Assembly: GCA_964631145.1 (NCBI GenBank) | Contig: CAZVXT010000001.1 | Coordinates: 553,797 to 617,796, forward strand | DNA: 64,000 nt | Source: an uncultured Candidatus Saccharibacteria bacterium | Lineage (GTDB): Bacteria > Patescibacteriota > Doudnabacteria > UBA920 | Reading direction: 5' to 3' | Shown here: piece by piece, positions 1 through 10,761 of the stretch | Numbering within the stretch: the stretch's first letter is position 1 | How the letters are laid out: each line of letters opens with the position of its first letter | Position numbers and translations under genes: made by a program | The notes under the pieces: generated by a model | Database searches by the model: none | The model's input: only the letters and a program-made list of their open reading frames with translations | What the model was told of the DNA's origin: nothing

Positions 1-2
1 TT

Positions 3-185
3 GAAAATTTACCAAATCCATACACCGAAAAAGAATTAGATAAAATATGCGAAATTCTTAATAGGAATTTATTTGATGTTCATGTTGAAAAAGAAGCTTA
101 TGAGAAAGCAACCAAACAAGTTGCCGTAAATACTGATATGAGAGCAAAATTATTGGCTATTTTAGGGCAAGCTGAAAAAACATAA
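3..185 (+). CDS. 3' end of a hypothetical protein (partial)
   Basis: Open frame ENLPNPYTEKELDKICEIL...GQAEKT* running from the window edge, followed by hairpin AAAAGGGAAAC..GTTTCCCTTTT. Confidence 0.6.
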   Translation, partial: ENLPNPYTEKELDKICEILNRNLFDVHVEKEAYEKATKQVAVNTDMRAKLLAILGQAEKT

Positions 186-218
186 AAGGGAAACAGATAT
201 AAGTTTCCCTTTTTTATT

Positions 219-2153
219 TTATAATTCGTAAGTTTGACCAGGATTAATTCCATCATCTAGCGGTGGTGTATATACATCTACTTTGGATTTTGGGATAGGT
301 TGATTCTTAGAATTAGTAAAAGAATTTTCAATAGCACTGGATAAATTATCAACTAATTTTGACTGGCTTTCTGCTTGAACTTGTCTAGCAGTATCCCAAA
401 TATCTGTTTTATTCTTTTTAGGAGGATAAGTTTTTGGACCCTTGTTAAACACTTGCCCTGTATTAACTCTCTTATTAAAACTACTTTTATTATAATTTGG
501 TTTAGGTCCAAAAGAGTTGGAATCTTTATTATATTTACTATCAGAATTATCTTGATTTGATCTTACAAAGTTATTGTCAGGTTTTTTATTGTTAGGTATG
601 GCAAAATTTTTCTGATTCTGATTCTCATTTTGAGGTTGCTTAAATTTTTCTAAAAATTCGGAAGAAATTTGGACGCCAGGCTTAGACTGTTCTTCAATAT
701 CAGTATTTGGCTTTAATAAATCCGAAGCTTTTTCTTGTTGAGGAGAGGAACCATAATTTTGATTCTGTTTATAGTTATTAGGACGAGAATCTTCAGAGCG
801 TGTAAACACTTTCGCAGCTTCTGTGTCATCGCCTACAGAATGCGCAGAAGCTTCATGAAATTCAGCACCCATCCAGCGGCTGATTTTATCCTCAACTTGC
901 TCTCTTGGGTTAGCATACCGCTCCCGGGAAACTTTAATAACTTTGTCAGCATCACCTACTGACCAATTTTCATCAATCATTATAGTTTTAGCAGTAAAAG
1001 GATCGCTCGCAACACCATTAATCATTAACTTCAAAATAATATGAGCTTTGGGCAGATTAACAATATCATTTGGAGTAAATGCAGGAGCAAACTCTGTTTC
1101 CAAAAATTCTGCATCTGCAGCACCAACTCTAAACACCACCATACTTCCTACGTTACCAAACACAGCATCTCGAACTTTATTATTGCCATCAGGTGTTAAC
1201 TGTCCTATATATTGATGTCCCATAATCAAGTTAAGTCTGTATTTTCTAGCTTCACTTAAAATAGTTGCAAAACTGTCAGTAACGAAGTTTTGAAACTCAT
1301 CTACATACAAATAAAAATCTTTACGCTCGTGTTCTGGAATATCCACGCGGGATAAAGCAGCTAATTGTAGCTTTGTAATTATCATTGCCCCAAGCAATGC
1401 AGAGTTGTCTTCCCCTACTTTACCTTTTGATAAATCTAGCAACAGAATTTTTTGATTATCCATAATCTCGCGTAAATCTATAGTAGACTTTGGTTGTCCT
1501 ACAATATTACGAATAACCGCAGAAGATAAAAATTGTCCAACTTTATTTTGAATTGGAGCGACGGCTTCTGTACGGTACTTTTCTGCATAGTTAGCAAATT
1601 CTTCGACCCAAAAAGCCTTAACCATTGGATCTTTAATATTGTCCACAATTTTTTTACGATATTTTTTGTCGACATACATACGGACAATACCAAGCATGGT
1701 ATTGCCAGGGCTATCTAATAAAGCCAATATCGTATTGTTCAAAATATATTCCATACGACTAGACCACATACTAGCCCAAATCTTGGTAAAAACACCCATC
1801 AGCCCAGAAGCAACCAAATGCTTATACTGCGATTGTACAGACTCTAATATATTAAAAGCTATAGGAAACTCTAAATCTGCGGGGTTTACATAGATTACAT
1901 CATTAATACGAGACTTCGGAACATAGTCTAAAATCTTTCTGACAGAATCACCGTGAGGATCTATAAAGCAAATACCTTTTCCATTGCGAATATCCTGCAC
2001 GGCCATATTTTCGAGCAATGTTGTTTTACCCATACCAGACTTACCTATTACATACATGTGCTTTCGACGATCGTCTTCTTTAATACCAAAAGGAACCTGC
2101 TGATTGCGGTAATTTGTTTTTGCGAAAAAATTAATTAGTTCTTTATTATCCAT
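219..2153 (-). CDS. TraD/VirD4/HerA-like P-loop ATPase (type IV secretion coupling protein-like) with low-complexity C-terminal tail
   Basis: Walker A GKSGMGKT, IDPHGD, Walker B LYVDEFQNF, SEARKYRL and GNVG motifs. Confidence 0.85.
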   Translation of the reverse strand: MDNKELINFFAKTNYRNQQVPFGIKEDDRRKHMYVIGKSGMGKTTLLENMAVQDIRNGKGICFIDPHGDSVRKILDYVPKSRINDVIYVNPADLEFPIAFNILESVQSQYKHLVASGLMGVFTKIWASMWSSRMEYILNNTILALLDSPGNTMLGIVRMYVDKKYRKKIVDNIKDPMVKAFWVEEFANYAEKYRTEAVAPIQNKVGQFLSSAVIRNIVGQPKSTIDLREIMDNQKILLLDLSKGKVGEDNSALLGAMIITKLQLAALSRVDIPEHERKDFYLYVDEFQNFVTDSFATILSEARKYRLNLIMGHQYIGQLTPDGNNKVRDAVFGNVGSMVVFRVGAADAEFLETEFAPAFTPNDIVNLPKAHIILKLMINGVASDPFTAKTIMIDENWSVGDADKVIKVSRERYANPREQVEDKISRWMGAEFHEASAHSVGDDTEAAKVFTRSEDSRPNNYKQNQNYGSSPQQEKASDLLKPNTDIEEQSKPGVQISSEFLEKFKQPQNENQNQKNFAIPNNKKPDNNFVRSNQDNSDSKYNKDSNSFGPKPNYNKSSFNKRVNTGQVFNKGPKTYPPKKNKTDIWDTARQVQAESQSKLVDNLSSAIENSFTNSKNQPIPKSKVDVYTPPLDDGINPGQTYEL

Positions 2154-2168
2154 AATAAATAAAAATAG

Positions 2169-3353
2169 TTAGCCAATTGGCAAATTTGAAGGTGGTTGAA
2201 TCTTCTTCATTTCTAAACTTTCTACATTTGATAGCTGCGAAGGAGTGGTAATAGGAAAATGGAATATCGTAGCTAATTCTTCAGTGTTGAGTATAAATTT
2301 TGGTAACCCTACCCACATACTACGCCCTTTAAAGGCATTAAACAACTCTATCTTTCGTCTTCTAACCCACCAATTAATATAAGGAGCTTCTAATGTTGGA
2401 GAGATGCGATAATCTTTTTTTGGTGAAAATCCAGGTTTAAATCCATTAAAGTTTGCGGAGCCGAATATTTTAAACGGACTCAATACAAGTTTCTTTGCAT
2501 TTTTATTGAAAGATGATTTTAAACCCATATGCAAAAGTCTAATTTTTGTAGCAAATGCCGGTCTTCCCATTTTTGCTTTAATAGCCGTGATTCTTTGTTT
2601 TGTAATATCATCTAATGCCATATACTCTTTACCAGCTGATAATTTTTCGATTTGCTCTTTTGCTTCCGCTTCCCAATCTGCATCATTAACAGGTTGAATA
2701 ATCGTTTGAAGACTATAAATTTCGTTTGCGCTAATGGTCTTAAAAGCTTCAAACAGCGGTGATAATGGGTCAACTAATACATTACTAACTTCTGGTCCGG
2801 TTAATCCTTCAAATTCTCTATAAGTTCTGATTGGAATACTTTGAGATTTTAATAACACAAATTCTGCTGCAAAAATATCATAAGAAGTATCATCCGGGTC
2901 GTATGTAAAATTAGCTAGATAATCTTTCACTTCTGTAATTTCTAAGGTAGGATAGCTTGCGTATAAAGCAGCTTCTACCAAATCTCTTTGCTTTGCTGGA
3001 ATACGAAAAACATATGAAATATAACCACCTAAACTTACTATTTCCATAGATAATTTGAAAACAGTTTTACCTTCTAAATATTTTTCTTGGAAAGTAAAGT
3101 TATCAAGCAAAATATGCAACTGCATCAACACTTGCTCAGCGCTATAAAAACTTGTTGGATTTTCTTTCGGCGGCTTTATCTCTAAAAACACCCACTCGAT
3201 TGTAGATTCATATTGCCCTTGGATCTCATCCATATACATCTGATATAGCAAATAGATTCCAAGTATTACAAAAAAGACAAAACCGCCATGACTAAATACA
3301 AGCCAGGCGATTTTAAGTACATATAAAATATTAGGGAATATGCTAGTGTCCAT
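2169..3353 (-). CDS. membrane-anchored hypothetical protein, probable partner of the adjacent ATPase
   Basis: N-terminal TM, LEIKPP motif, C-terminal ELATIFHFP...PPSNLP; 15 nt from the ATPase gene. Confidence 0.7.
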   Translation of the reverse strand: MDTSIFPNILYVLKIAWLVFSHGGFVFFVILGIYLLYQMYMDEIQGQYESTIEWVFLEIKPPKENPTSFYSAEQVLMQLHILLDNFTFQEKYLEGKTVFKLSMEIVSLGGYISYVFRIPAKQRDLVEAALYASYPTLEITEVKDYLANFTYDPDDTSYDIFAAEFVLLKSQSIPIRTYREFEGLTGPEVSNVLVDPLSPLFEAFKTISANEIYSLQTIIQPVNDADWEAEAKEQIEKLSAGKEYMALDDITKQRITAIKAKMGRPAFATKIRLLHMGLKSSFNKNAKKLVLSPFKIFGSANFNGFKPGFSPKKDYRISPTLEAPYINWWVRRRKIELFNAFKGRSMWVGLPKFILNTEELATIFHFPITTPSQLSNVESLEMKKIQPPSNLPIG

Positions 3354-3386
3354 TATTTATGTTTGTTTTTATATCAGTTTAAAATA

Positions 3387-4478
3387 TTAGCGTGTAGCCA
3401 AATCGTAAAGATTTTTGCCAACTTTTTTGAAAAGTTTTTTGTTAGATAACCCCACCAAAACTGTATTCTTTTTCACTAAACGCTTTTCTAAAACATGCTT
3501 GATAATCTCATCGCGAGTCATTTCGTGTCCAGATTCTTTAAGAACCTCTACAATAATATCAGAAACAACGCCGGGTTTGTAACCCCATTCGGTTAAGGCG
3601 TAAATACCACGTCCAACCAAAACAAAACGCTTATCTTTGATTAATTTATTATGAACAGTTTCTTTGTAAGCTTTGCGCTTATCAATGCCGTGCTTATTAA
3701 TCAACTCTGTGATCATAGAATAGTGTTCTGGTTTGCCATGATGTTTCATTACCAAATAAGCTTTATCGCCTACATCTTTAGGCTTTATTTCATTCCAGTG
3801 CCCTAAGCCAAATTCTCCAAATGGATTCTTTTTAATGCCAGCGGCGCTTTGAAGGTAATTAAGAACTACTTTAGGAGTTAATTTATCTTGATAGGTTTCA
3901 AAAAACTGAGATTTTTCCAATTTTTTTATGAAAGTATCAGGATCAATTGGCTTACCATGTTCATCTAATAAAGTTTTTGTAGTTTTAACAAATTCTATAA
4001 GAAAATCTTTATCAAAACCAATTTTGCTCCATGATCGCAATACATGCTCATCGCCAGTATGTTCTTCAATTTCTACTATTAACTTAAGCAAAAACTTAAT
4101 GGCATTTACATCACTTTCTGTTTCTGCGCCAAGATAAGTCATTAAAGAATCTTCAGACATAATGCCACCGTGTTCATGAATTGCAGACAAAATTAAATCA
4201 CGAGCTTCGATAAACTCTTCTAATTCTGCAACACCACGCTTAAGGTTCTTTAATAATTCTTTTTCGATTTGGCGAACGCGCTCTCTTGTTAAACCTTGTT
4301 CATCACCAACAGTTTTTAAGGTTTGACTAGATTCTCCCACCAAACCATAACGCTTGGAGAGAATATCTTTTTCTCGATCTTTAAGCGGTCCAAGAATTTT
4401 AGTAACGATTAAGTTAAGTTCAAATTGTTGTAAAGATTCTTTATTGTGAGAATCAATAATTGTATCCAAAATACCCAT
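3387..4478 (-). CDS. sigma-70 region 4 HTH protein with C-terminal HARE-HTH/RNAP delta-like domains
   Basis: RYGL...TLKTVG...LTRERVRQIE; TVHNKLIKDKRFVLVGRGIYALTEWG; start placed at MGILDT. Confidence 0.75.
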   Translation of the reverse strand: MGILDTIIDSHNKESLQQFELNLIVTKILGPLKDREKDILSKRYGLVGESSQTLKTVGDEQGLTRERVRQIEKELLKNLKRGVAELEEFIEARDLILSAIHEHGGIMSEDSLMTYLGAETESDVNAIKFLLKLIVEIEEHTGDEHVLRSWSKIGFDKDFLIEFVKTTKTLLDEHGKPIDPDTFIKKLEKSQFFETYQDKLTPKVVLNYLQSAAGIKKNPFGEFGLGHWNEIKPKDVGDKAYLVMKHHGKPEHYSMITELINKHGIDKRKAYKETVHNKLIKDKRFVLVGRGIYALTEWGYKPGVVSDIIVEVLKESGHEMTRDEIIKHVLEKRLVKKNTVLVGLSNKKLFKKVGKNLYDLATR

Positions 4479-4681
4479 AAAATCAGTATAATTAAAAGAT
4501 ATTCTGATTATATCATACCATTCTAAAATGGTCAAATAATAAAGTGAAAGAAAATATTATTAAAAGTCCAATATTTCCTAGTATTTTTATTAATATTTGA
4601 TGTATATTCTTAAAAAATTTTATTCAGTATAACACAAAAGCATAAAGTTAAACCTTATGCTTTTGAATATTTTAGATAAAT

Positions 4682-5578
4682 TTATTTAGCTAATTTTCTA
4701 TTTTTCCAGTTTTGCCAGATTACCAAAGTTGGACTAGCAACGAAAATTGAAGAATAAGTTCCAACTGCAATACCAATAAACAAAGCTAGAACGAAATATC
4801 TAATAGTATCACCACCGAACAATAATAAGGCTAGCAATACCAACAACACTGTTAAGCTGGTATTAAGAGACCGAACCAATGTTTGACTAATACTATGATT
4901 AACAATAAATTCTAAGCTTTTGCCTCCATAAACGCGTAAATTTTCGCGAATACGATCGAAAACAATAATTGTATCATGAACAGAGAAACCTAATACTGTT
5001 AACATGGCGGTAACGAACATGCTATCAACTTCTACTTTTAAGTAATGCCCTAAAATTGAAAATACTCCCAAAACAACAAGTAAGTCGTGAAGCAATGCTA
5101 CGATAGCGGCTACACCAAATTGCCAAGAGGATATTGGACGGTTAACCTTACGAAAGGCGTAAGCGATATAGATAATGATACCTATAGAAACCAATAATAA
5201 CTGGTAAATAGCTTTTTTAGTTAACTGCTCCCCTACAACTGGACCGATGGATTCAAATCTTAGTTCTTCGAAGTTACCAAATTTTTCTTTAATTTTTGAA
5301 AGCAAATTATCATGAGCTGATTTTTCCATATCACCTGTTTTGAAAATTATTCCATTATTATCTGTAGGTTGAGTTTGGAATGAGCCTATGTTTTGCTCTG
5401 TAAGAAAAGAATTAAACTGAGCTTGATCAACAGATTTTTCAAATTTAACTTCTGTTACGGTACCACCTTTGAAATCGATACCAAGATTTAATCCATACAC
5501 AGCTAATGAACCAACACCTAAGACTAAGATTGCAATCGATACTGCGATTAAATATTTGTAATAATTTAGTAGCTTCAT
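4682..5578 (-). CDS. secF: protein translocase subunit SecF
   Basis: LGIDFKGGT, HD, GFSVHDTIIVFDRIREN motifs. Confidence 0.97.
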   Translation of the reverse strand: MKLLNYYKYLIAVSIAILVLGVGSLAVYGLNLGIDFKGGTVTEVKFEKSVDQAQFNSFLTEQNIGSFQTQPTDNNGIIFKTGDMEKSAHDNLLSKIKEKFGNFEELRFESIGPVVGEQLTKKAIYQLLLVSIGIIIYIAYAFRKVNRPISSWQFGVAAIVALLHDLLVVLGVFSILGHYLKVEVDSMFVTAMLTVLGFSVHDTIIVFDRIRENLRVYGGKSLEFIVNHSISQTLVRSLNTSLTVLLVLLALLLFGGDTIRYFVLALFIGIAVGTYSSIFVASPTLVIWQNWKNRKLAK

Positions 5579-5579
5579 T

Positions 5580-7070
5580 TTATTTATTATCCTTGATTTT
5601 AATTCCAAATAGCCAAGGATGAGAGAATAGCTTGGCAGTTACAAAGAGTTTAAGTAGAGTTCTAGTTACAGTAATTGCACTAAACATAGAAATTAAGATA
5701 CCGATAGACAAAGTTACAGCAAAACCTTTAATTGATGGGGTACCAAATAAATATAAGATTATAGTTGTAATTAAACTCGATACATTTGAATCTCTAATAG
5801 ACATCCATGCTCTAGCAAATCCATCCTCAATAGCCTTTGGAACGTCTTTGCCAGCACGCAATTCTTCTTTCATACGTTCGAAGATCAAAATATTAGCGTC
5901 TACTGCCATACCGACTGACAAAATGAATCCTGCAATACCAGCCAATGTTAAGGTTACGGGAGCTAATGCACCATTGATTAACATCAAAACCAAATAACTA
6001 AGCAGTGCCATTAAGCCAAAATACCAGCTCACTGTAATTCCTAATAAGAAGAATGCGCCAACTAAGACTACTGCAGTTACCGAAATACCAATTTTAAAGA
6101 TCGCAATAGACATTAATACATACAAAAGCAATGCGGCAACAGCAAGTAATCCTGGAAATCTATAGAAAAAGACCATAAAGAGGGCAACCAATAACAAGCC
6201 TATCAATCCAGCAATAATAGATTTTTGGATTGACTCTTTACCTAAAGTTGCACCAACATTTTGCTGGGAGATTAATTTAATCGGTACTGGCAATGCACCA
6301 GAATTTAAGCGGGTAGCAAATAATTTTGCTTCTTCAGGAGTAAAGTTTCCAGAAACAATAGCTTCGCCATTAGTAATTGCAGTTTGTACAGTTGGAGCAC
6401 TAATTATTTGACCATCCAAAATAATTGCAATTGGCTTTCCAATATTTGCTTTTGTTAAATCAGAAAATAATTGGGTACCTTCATCATCAAATTGCAATTT
6501 TACTACAATTTCTGAAGCTAATTGGCTTTTGCCAGAACTTTGCGCTTCTGCAATTGCCTTCTTCAAATTTTTACCTGATAATTTTGTAGGTATCCAGGCA
6601 GACAAAGGATCTATAACAACTTTTCCATCCGGACCAACTGTTGCATCCTGTGGCTTATTAGGGTCACCTTGAGTTCTAAATTCTAATAAAGGAGTTTGCC
6701 CTATTTGATCAATGGCTTTGTTAATATCAGTAATACCTGGAAGTTCTACAACAATCTGGTCAGTACCTTGTGTTTGAACTACTGGTTCGGATACTCCAAA
6801 ACTATTAACACGACGCTCAACAGTATCTCGAGCCGCTTGCAAGGCTTCACGCTTATCCCCTTCAGCAATATCTTTAAAATCAGCTTGATATACAAGATGT
6901 GCGCCACCTTGCAAATCCAAGCCTAAATGTATACCATATTGCTTGTTAAAATTGATTTTTAGCTTTCTTAAGTCAATTTTACTGCCGCCTGGCCAAACAA
7001 TCCATGCAGTAGCCAGCCCTAAAAGGACTATAAAGACAAAAAGTACTACTCTTTTGTAAAATGCTTTCAT
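5580..7070 (-). CDS. secD: protein translocase subunit SecD
   Basis: LGLDLQGG, RVNSFGVSEP, GMAVDANILIFERMKEE. Confidence 0.97.
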   Translation of the reverse strand: MKAFYKRVVLFVFIVLLGLATAWIVWPGGSKIDLRKLKINFNKQYGIHLGLDLQGGAHLVYQADFKDIAEGDKREALQAARDTVERRVNSFGVSEPVVQTQGTDQIVVELPGITDINKAIDQIGQTPLLEFRTQGDPNKPQDATVGPDGKVVIDPLSAWIPTKLSGKNLKKAIAEAQSSGKSQLASEIVVKLQFDDEGTQLFSDLTKANIGKPIAIILDGQIISAPTVQTAITNGEAIVSGNFTPEEAKLFATRLNSGALPVPIKLISQQNVGATLGKESIQKSIIAGLIGLLLVALFMVFFYRFPGLLAVAALLLYVLMSIAIFKIGISVTAVVLVGAFFLLGITVSWYFGLMALLSYLVLMLINGALAPVTLTLAGIAGFILSVGMAVDANILIFERMKEELRAGKDVPKAIEDGFARAWMSIRDSNVSSLITTIILYLFGTPSIKGFAVTLSIGILISMFSAITVTRTLLKLFVTAKLFSHPWLFGIKIKDNK

Positions 7071-7107
7071 TTCTTAATATTTTTTAATTCTTTTGTATTA
7101 TACTAGG

Positions 7108-9669
7108 TTATTTTTGTTTAGCAAAGCCCTTAAAATAGCTATCTACTAATTCTGAATCTCGCTTAATCCAAGCCAAATTTATTCTAATCTTTTCGATAGT
7201 CTGAGCAACTGATTGCTTTTCTGTTTTTAAATATGGTTTAGCGTAATTTTGAAACTCCTTTAGTAGCTCATTAGTGCTAAAATCTCTCGCTCCTTCTATG
7301 ATATAGCCCATTAACTTGCCACCCATAAACATTTCTCTTAGTTGTTTATCTCTTGATTTTATTTCTTGCCACATCAAATGTGAAGTTTTTGAAATTAACA
7401 TCCCATGGATAATAGCAATTGGCAGGTCTTGAGGTCTAACTTGTCCAGAAAAAATAAACTCCAGTACTTGCTTGTATTCTTTTTCTCCTTTAGTTCTTAG
7501 CATTGCCGCTACAAGTTGATTTCGTTCTTCTTGAAGAGTAGCTTTTTTGTATTTATCAAATAGCGTGCTTAAAACTTTATTGTCACTGTAACTTGCTACA
7601 GCTAAAATTGCAGTTTTATGATTCCTATCAATACTTTTATTTTTTTCATACAAACTAAATTGTTTTTTTGCATATTGTTCGACTTCTTTCAGCCCAGCCA
7701 AGCCCGCATTACTAATAGCCAAAGATCTTAAAAGCTTTTGACTATCTGTATCATTCTTTTGGGAATTATATCCAAGCCTTGTTAAGACATTTGCGTACAA
7801 TTGTTTTTTCCAATTTAGAAAACTTTCGTAATATTTCTTATTTGAGGTAAAGAATACTCTTTCAATTTGTGCTAAATTCCCTGATATTTCTGCCCATACA
7901 ATATAACTATCTTCTGTCGCAGATATTTGGTTTACCACTTCCAAATATACGTCAGTTTGCACATATCCAGAAATCGCTAATAAGTACAAATTTCTAATTA
8001 AGGCTAATCTATCGTTAGAACCAATCTGCTTATTTTGCATCGCGCTTACTAATAAAGCAAGATATTTAATTGGGTAGTTTGTTATATAAAAACTTTGTTC
8101 ATTTGGATTGAGCTTAATAAATTTATAATTATTCTCGATATGCAAATGTGATATAGCCTTATTTGCTAAAATCATCCCACTCTGTTTATCATGATCAATT
8201 AACGCCTGCACCGGCACTTGCCATAAAGTTTTATCTTCATTCTTTTGAAGTGTAAAACGCTTTTGTGATAACTCTAACCCCTTTTTAGCATCAGTTATAG
8301 TAATAACTGGGTAACCTTTATCCTGTGTCCAAGCTTTTACTAAAGCAGAAATATTCTTATTAGACACCTTATCAAAAGCAGCCCACAAATCTTCCGAACT
8401 CGTATTTCCATAAGAATGCTTTTTTAAATAAATACGAAGTGCGTCCCGAAAATTATCAGCTCCGATATATCCCGAAATCATGCGCAAAATACTCGCTCCT
8501 TTACTATAAGAAATACCGTCAAATATTTCGCTAATCTCATGCGAGTGCTTAACTTCCACTTCTATTGGATGAGTCGAGAGCAAAGCATCTTCCTTAAGTG
8601 CATAAGACTGTTCTGATAATACAAACTTTGTCCAGAATCTCCACTCTGGAAATAACTCATCTACAACCAAATACGCCATATAGCAGGCGAAGCTTTCATT
8701 TAGCCACAAATGCGTCCACCACTTCATTGTGACCAAATTTCCAAACCACTGATGAACTAATTCGTGAGCAATAACTTCTGCAACTCGCTGTCTATTAATC
8801 AAAGATGTGTGCTTTTCATCTACCAATAAAGCAGTCTCTCTAAAAGTAATAGCGCCCCAATTTTCCATAGCGCCAGCTGCAAAATCTGGAATTGCTAATA
8901 AATCTAAGGTTTTAAGAGGATACTTAATACCAAAATAATTTTCTAAAAACTCTAAGCTTCTCTTTGCCGTCTCTAAACTAAAGGCAGCCAAATTGCTTTT
9001 GCCAGGTGTTGTATGAACTTTAATGACTGTGCCATTTTTAGTCTTTGTTTTAATATGATCTAACTCTCCAATTACGTATGCTAATAAATAGCTCGACATT
9101 TTTGGCGTTGATTCAAAATGCACAATCTTTTTATCCTTGCCTAATTTTTCAATTTTCTTTTCTTGAGTATTAGAAACAACTTGTAAATTTTTTGGAACGA
9201 CAATAGACAAATCGAAAATGGCTTTATGACTAGGCTCATCAAAACATGGAAAAGCCCGTCTTGCATCTGTGGCTTCAAATTGAGTGGTAGCCAAATGCTT
9301 TTCTTTTTTGTCATGAGTATACTTACTTCGATAAAACCCGTGGAGTTTATCATTAATACTTCCTGTAAACTCTATACATAAATTACCTTTTCCAAGTAAG
9401 CTAGTCGCAAATGTCAAAATAACTGTTTCAGAATACTTGTCATACGAAACATCTTTGCAATCTATTTGTTTTTTACCAAACTTAAAAACAGCCGAATTGA
9501 TTTCTATGTCGATACAATGCAAAACTATTTCTTTTGTTTTCTTTTTTATATCTATGTTAATAGCTTCAGATCCACTAAATGTAAAATTTTCTAAATCTGG
9601 GACAATTTGAAGAGTATATCTAATTGGCACCACATGATCTGGCAGCCGGTGATTGTTGGATTGTTTCAT
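7108..9669 (-). CDS. pepN: M1 family aminopeptidase (PepN/puromycin-sensitive type, ERAP1-like C-terminus)
   Basis: GAMEN and HELVH-x18-E zinc motif; TQFEATDARRAFPCFDEP. Confidence 0.93.
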   Translation of the reverse strand: MKQSNNHRLPDHVVPIRYTLQIVPDLENFTFSGSEAINIDIKKKTKEIVLHCIDIEINSAVFKFGKKQIDCKDVSYDKYSETVILTFATSLLGKGNLCIEFTGSINDKLHGFYRSKYTHDKKEKHLATTQFEATDARRAFPCFDEPSHKAIFDLSIVVPKNLQVVSNTQEKKIEKLGKDKKIVHFESTPKMSSYLLAYVIGELDHIKTKTKNGTVIKVHTTPGKSNLAAFSLETAKRSLEFLENYFGIKYPLKTLDLLAIPDFAAGAMENWGAITFRETALLVDEKHTSLINRQRVAEVIAHELVHQWFGNLVTMKWWTHLWLNESFACYMAYLVVDELFPEWRFWTKFVLSEQSYALKEDALLSTHPIEVEVKHSHEISEIFDGISYSKGASILRMISGYIGADNFRDALRIYLKKHSYGNTSSEDLWAAFDKVSNKNISALVKAWTQDKGYPVITITDAKKGLELSQKRFTLQKNEDKTLWQVPVQALIDHDKQSGMILANKAISHLHIENNYKFIKLNPNEQSFYITNYPIKYLALLVSAMQNKQIGSNDRLALIRNLYLLAISGYVQTDVYLEVVNQISATEDSYIVWAEISGNLAQIERVFFTSNKKYYESFLNWKKQLYANVLTRLGYNSQKNDTDSQKLLRSLAISNAGLAGLKEVEQYAKKQFSLYEKNKSIDRNHKTAILAVASYSDNKVLSTLFDKYKKATLQEERNQLVAAMLRTKGEKEYKQVLEFIFSGQVRPQDLPIAIIHGMLISKTSHLMWQEIKSRDKQLREMFMGGKLMGYIIEGARDFSTNELLKEFQNYAKPYLKTEKQSVAQTIEKIRINLAWIKRDSELVDSYFKGFAKQK

Positions 9670-9694
9670 TTTTTTATTATAACAAAAGTATTGC

Positions 9695-10255
9695 TTAAAT
9701 TTTAGAAATTAGTTTTTTTAACTTTTTAAAGTCTTTTAAAATTACAGGCCTTAGCTTAGGGCTATATAAAGGTGCTGCGGGATGATAACTTAAAAAATAC
9801 TGAACGCCATCATGCAAAATAATTTTTCCATGATCGTTTGCCATATTTACTTTCTGGTTTAATAAAGTCATTGCTGATACTGCCCCCAAAATCACAATAA
9901 CTTTTGGACTGATAACTTTTATTTGTTGTTGCAAATGAATTTTACCGTGCTCTATGTCTTCCGGCTTAGGAGTAATGTATGTTTGAGGTAAGTACTTAAC
10001 AGCGCTCGTAATAAAAATATCTTTATCAGAAATTTGAATTTGCTCTAACAAATCTCTAAGCAATTTTCCTGCGCGTCCAATAAACGGCTTACCAGTGATA
10101 GATTCATTTTTCCCAGGTGCTTCACCTACTAGCATTATTTTTGAATTAGCACTTCCCTCCCCTGGAACCAAAATTCCCTTTACTCGATTTAGACAAAACT
10201 TACAAGTTAAAATACTCTTTTGAACTTTTTCCAGTTGTTTTTCTTTTAGACCCAT
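9695..10255 (-). CDS. family 4 uracil-DNA glycosylase
   Basis: CxxC, GEAPG..E...G.PFIGRAG, YHPAA. Confidence 0.9.
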   Translation of the reverse strand: MGLKEKQLEKVQKSILTCKFCLNRVKGILVPGEGSANSKIMLVGEAPGKNESITGKPFIGRAGKLLRDLLEQIQISDKDIFITSAVKYLPQTYITPKPEDIEHGKIHLQQQIKVISPKVIVILGAVSAMTLLNQKVNMANDHGKIILHDGVQYFLSYHPAAPLYSPKLRPVILKDFKKLKKLISKI

Positions 10256-10330
10256 ATTGGTATTTTATCATGAGACATTGACTTGAAAACATATTATTGA
10301 TACCATATGTAGATTTAACTAGGAGGAAAT

Positions 10331-10729
10331 ATGGAAGAAAAAGTTCAAATTATTGTTTTAGCAACTTACCTTAATCCAATTGATGATAATTATGAATGTG
10401 AATTTTATTGCACTGGCAGAAGATTAAACATGGATGAAGTATATAAATTGGGATTAAGCAAACTATATAAAGGCAAGAGCCCGTATTGCCCGGCTTGGTA
10501 TGAAGTTAAGCCTGGTAATAAAATTTATTACAGAAATGTAGATAGAGACAGAAACTTCTATCAGCATATTGAATATACTGTCCCCAAAGATGGGTTTAAA
10601 GAACCAATATCTATTTACGATCTGTTTTCTGTTTTTGCTGGATCATATCAATTTATGTGGCTTACCGAAGAGTGTCAGTATAAAGAAATTAGCAATAAAG
10701 AATTTTTAGAAAAAACCATAGGATTATAA
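10331..10729 (+). CDS. hypothetical protein (solo unit)
   Basis: TTGACT-N17-TACCAT at 10278, AGGAGG SD, terminator ~10734-10760. Confidence 0.75.
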   Translation: MEEKVQIIVLATYLNPIDDNYECEFYCTGRRLNMDEVYKLGLSKLYKGKSPYCPAWYEVKPGNKIYYRNVDRDRNFYQHIEYTVPKDGFKEPISIYDLFSVFAGSYQFMWLTEECQYKEISNKEFLEKTIGL

Positions 10730-10761
10730 ATCAAAGCCGCAGATAATTCTGCGGCTCTATT

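Noticed and set aside
219-3353. Conjugative element suggested by the VirD4-like ATPase
   Set aside because: No relaxase, other T4SS genes or element boundaries; it sits in housekeeping context.
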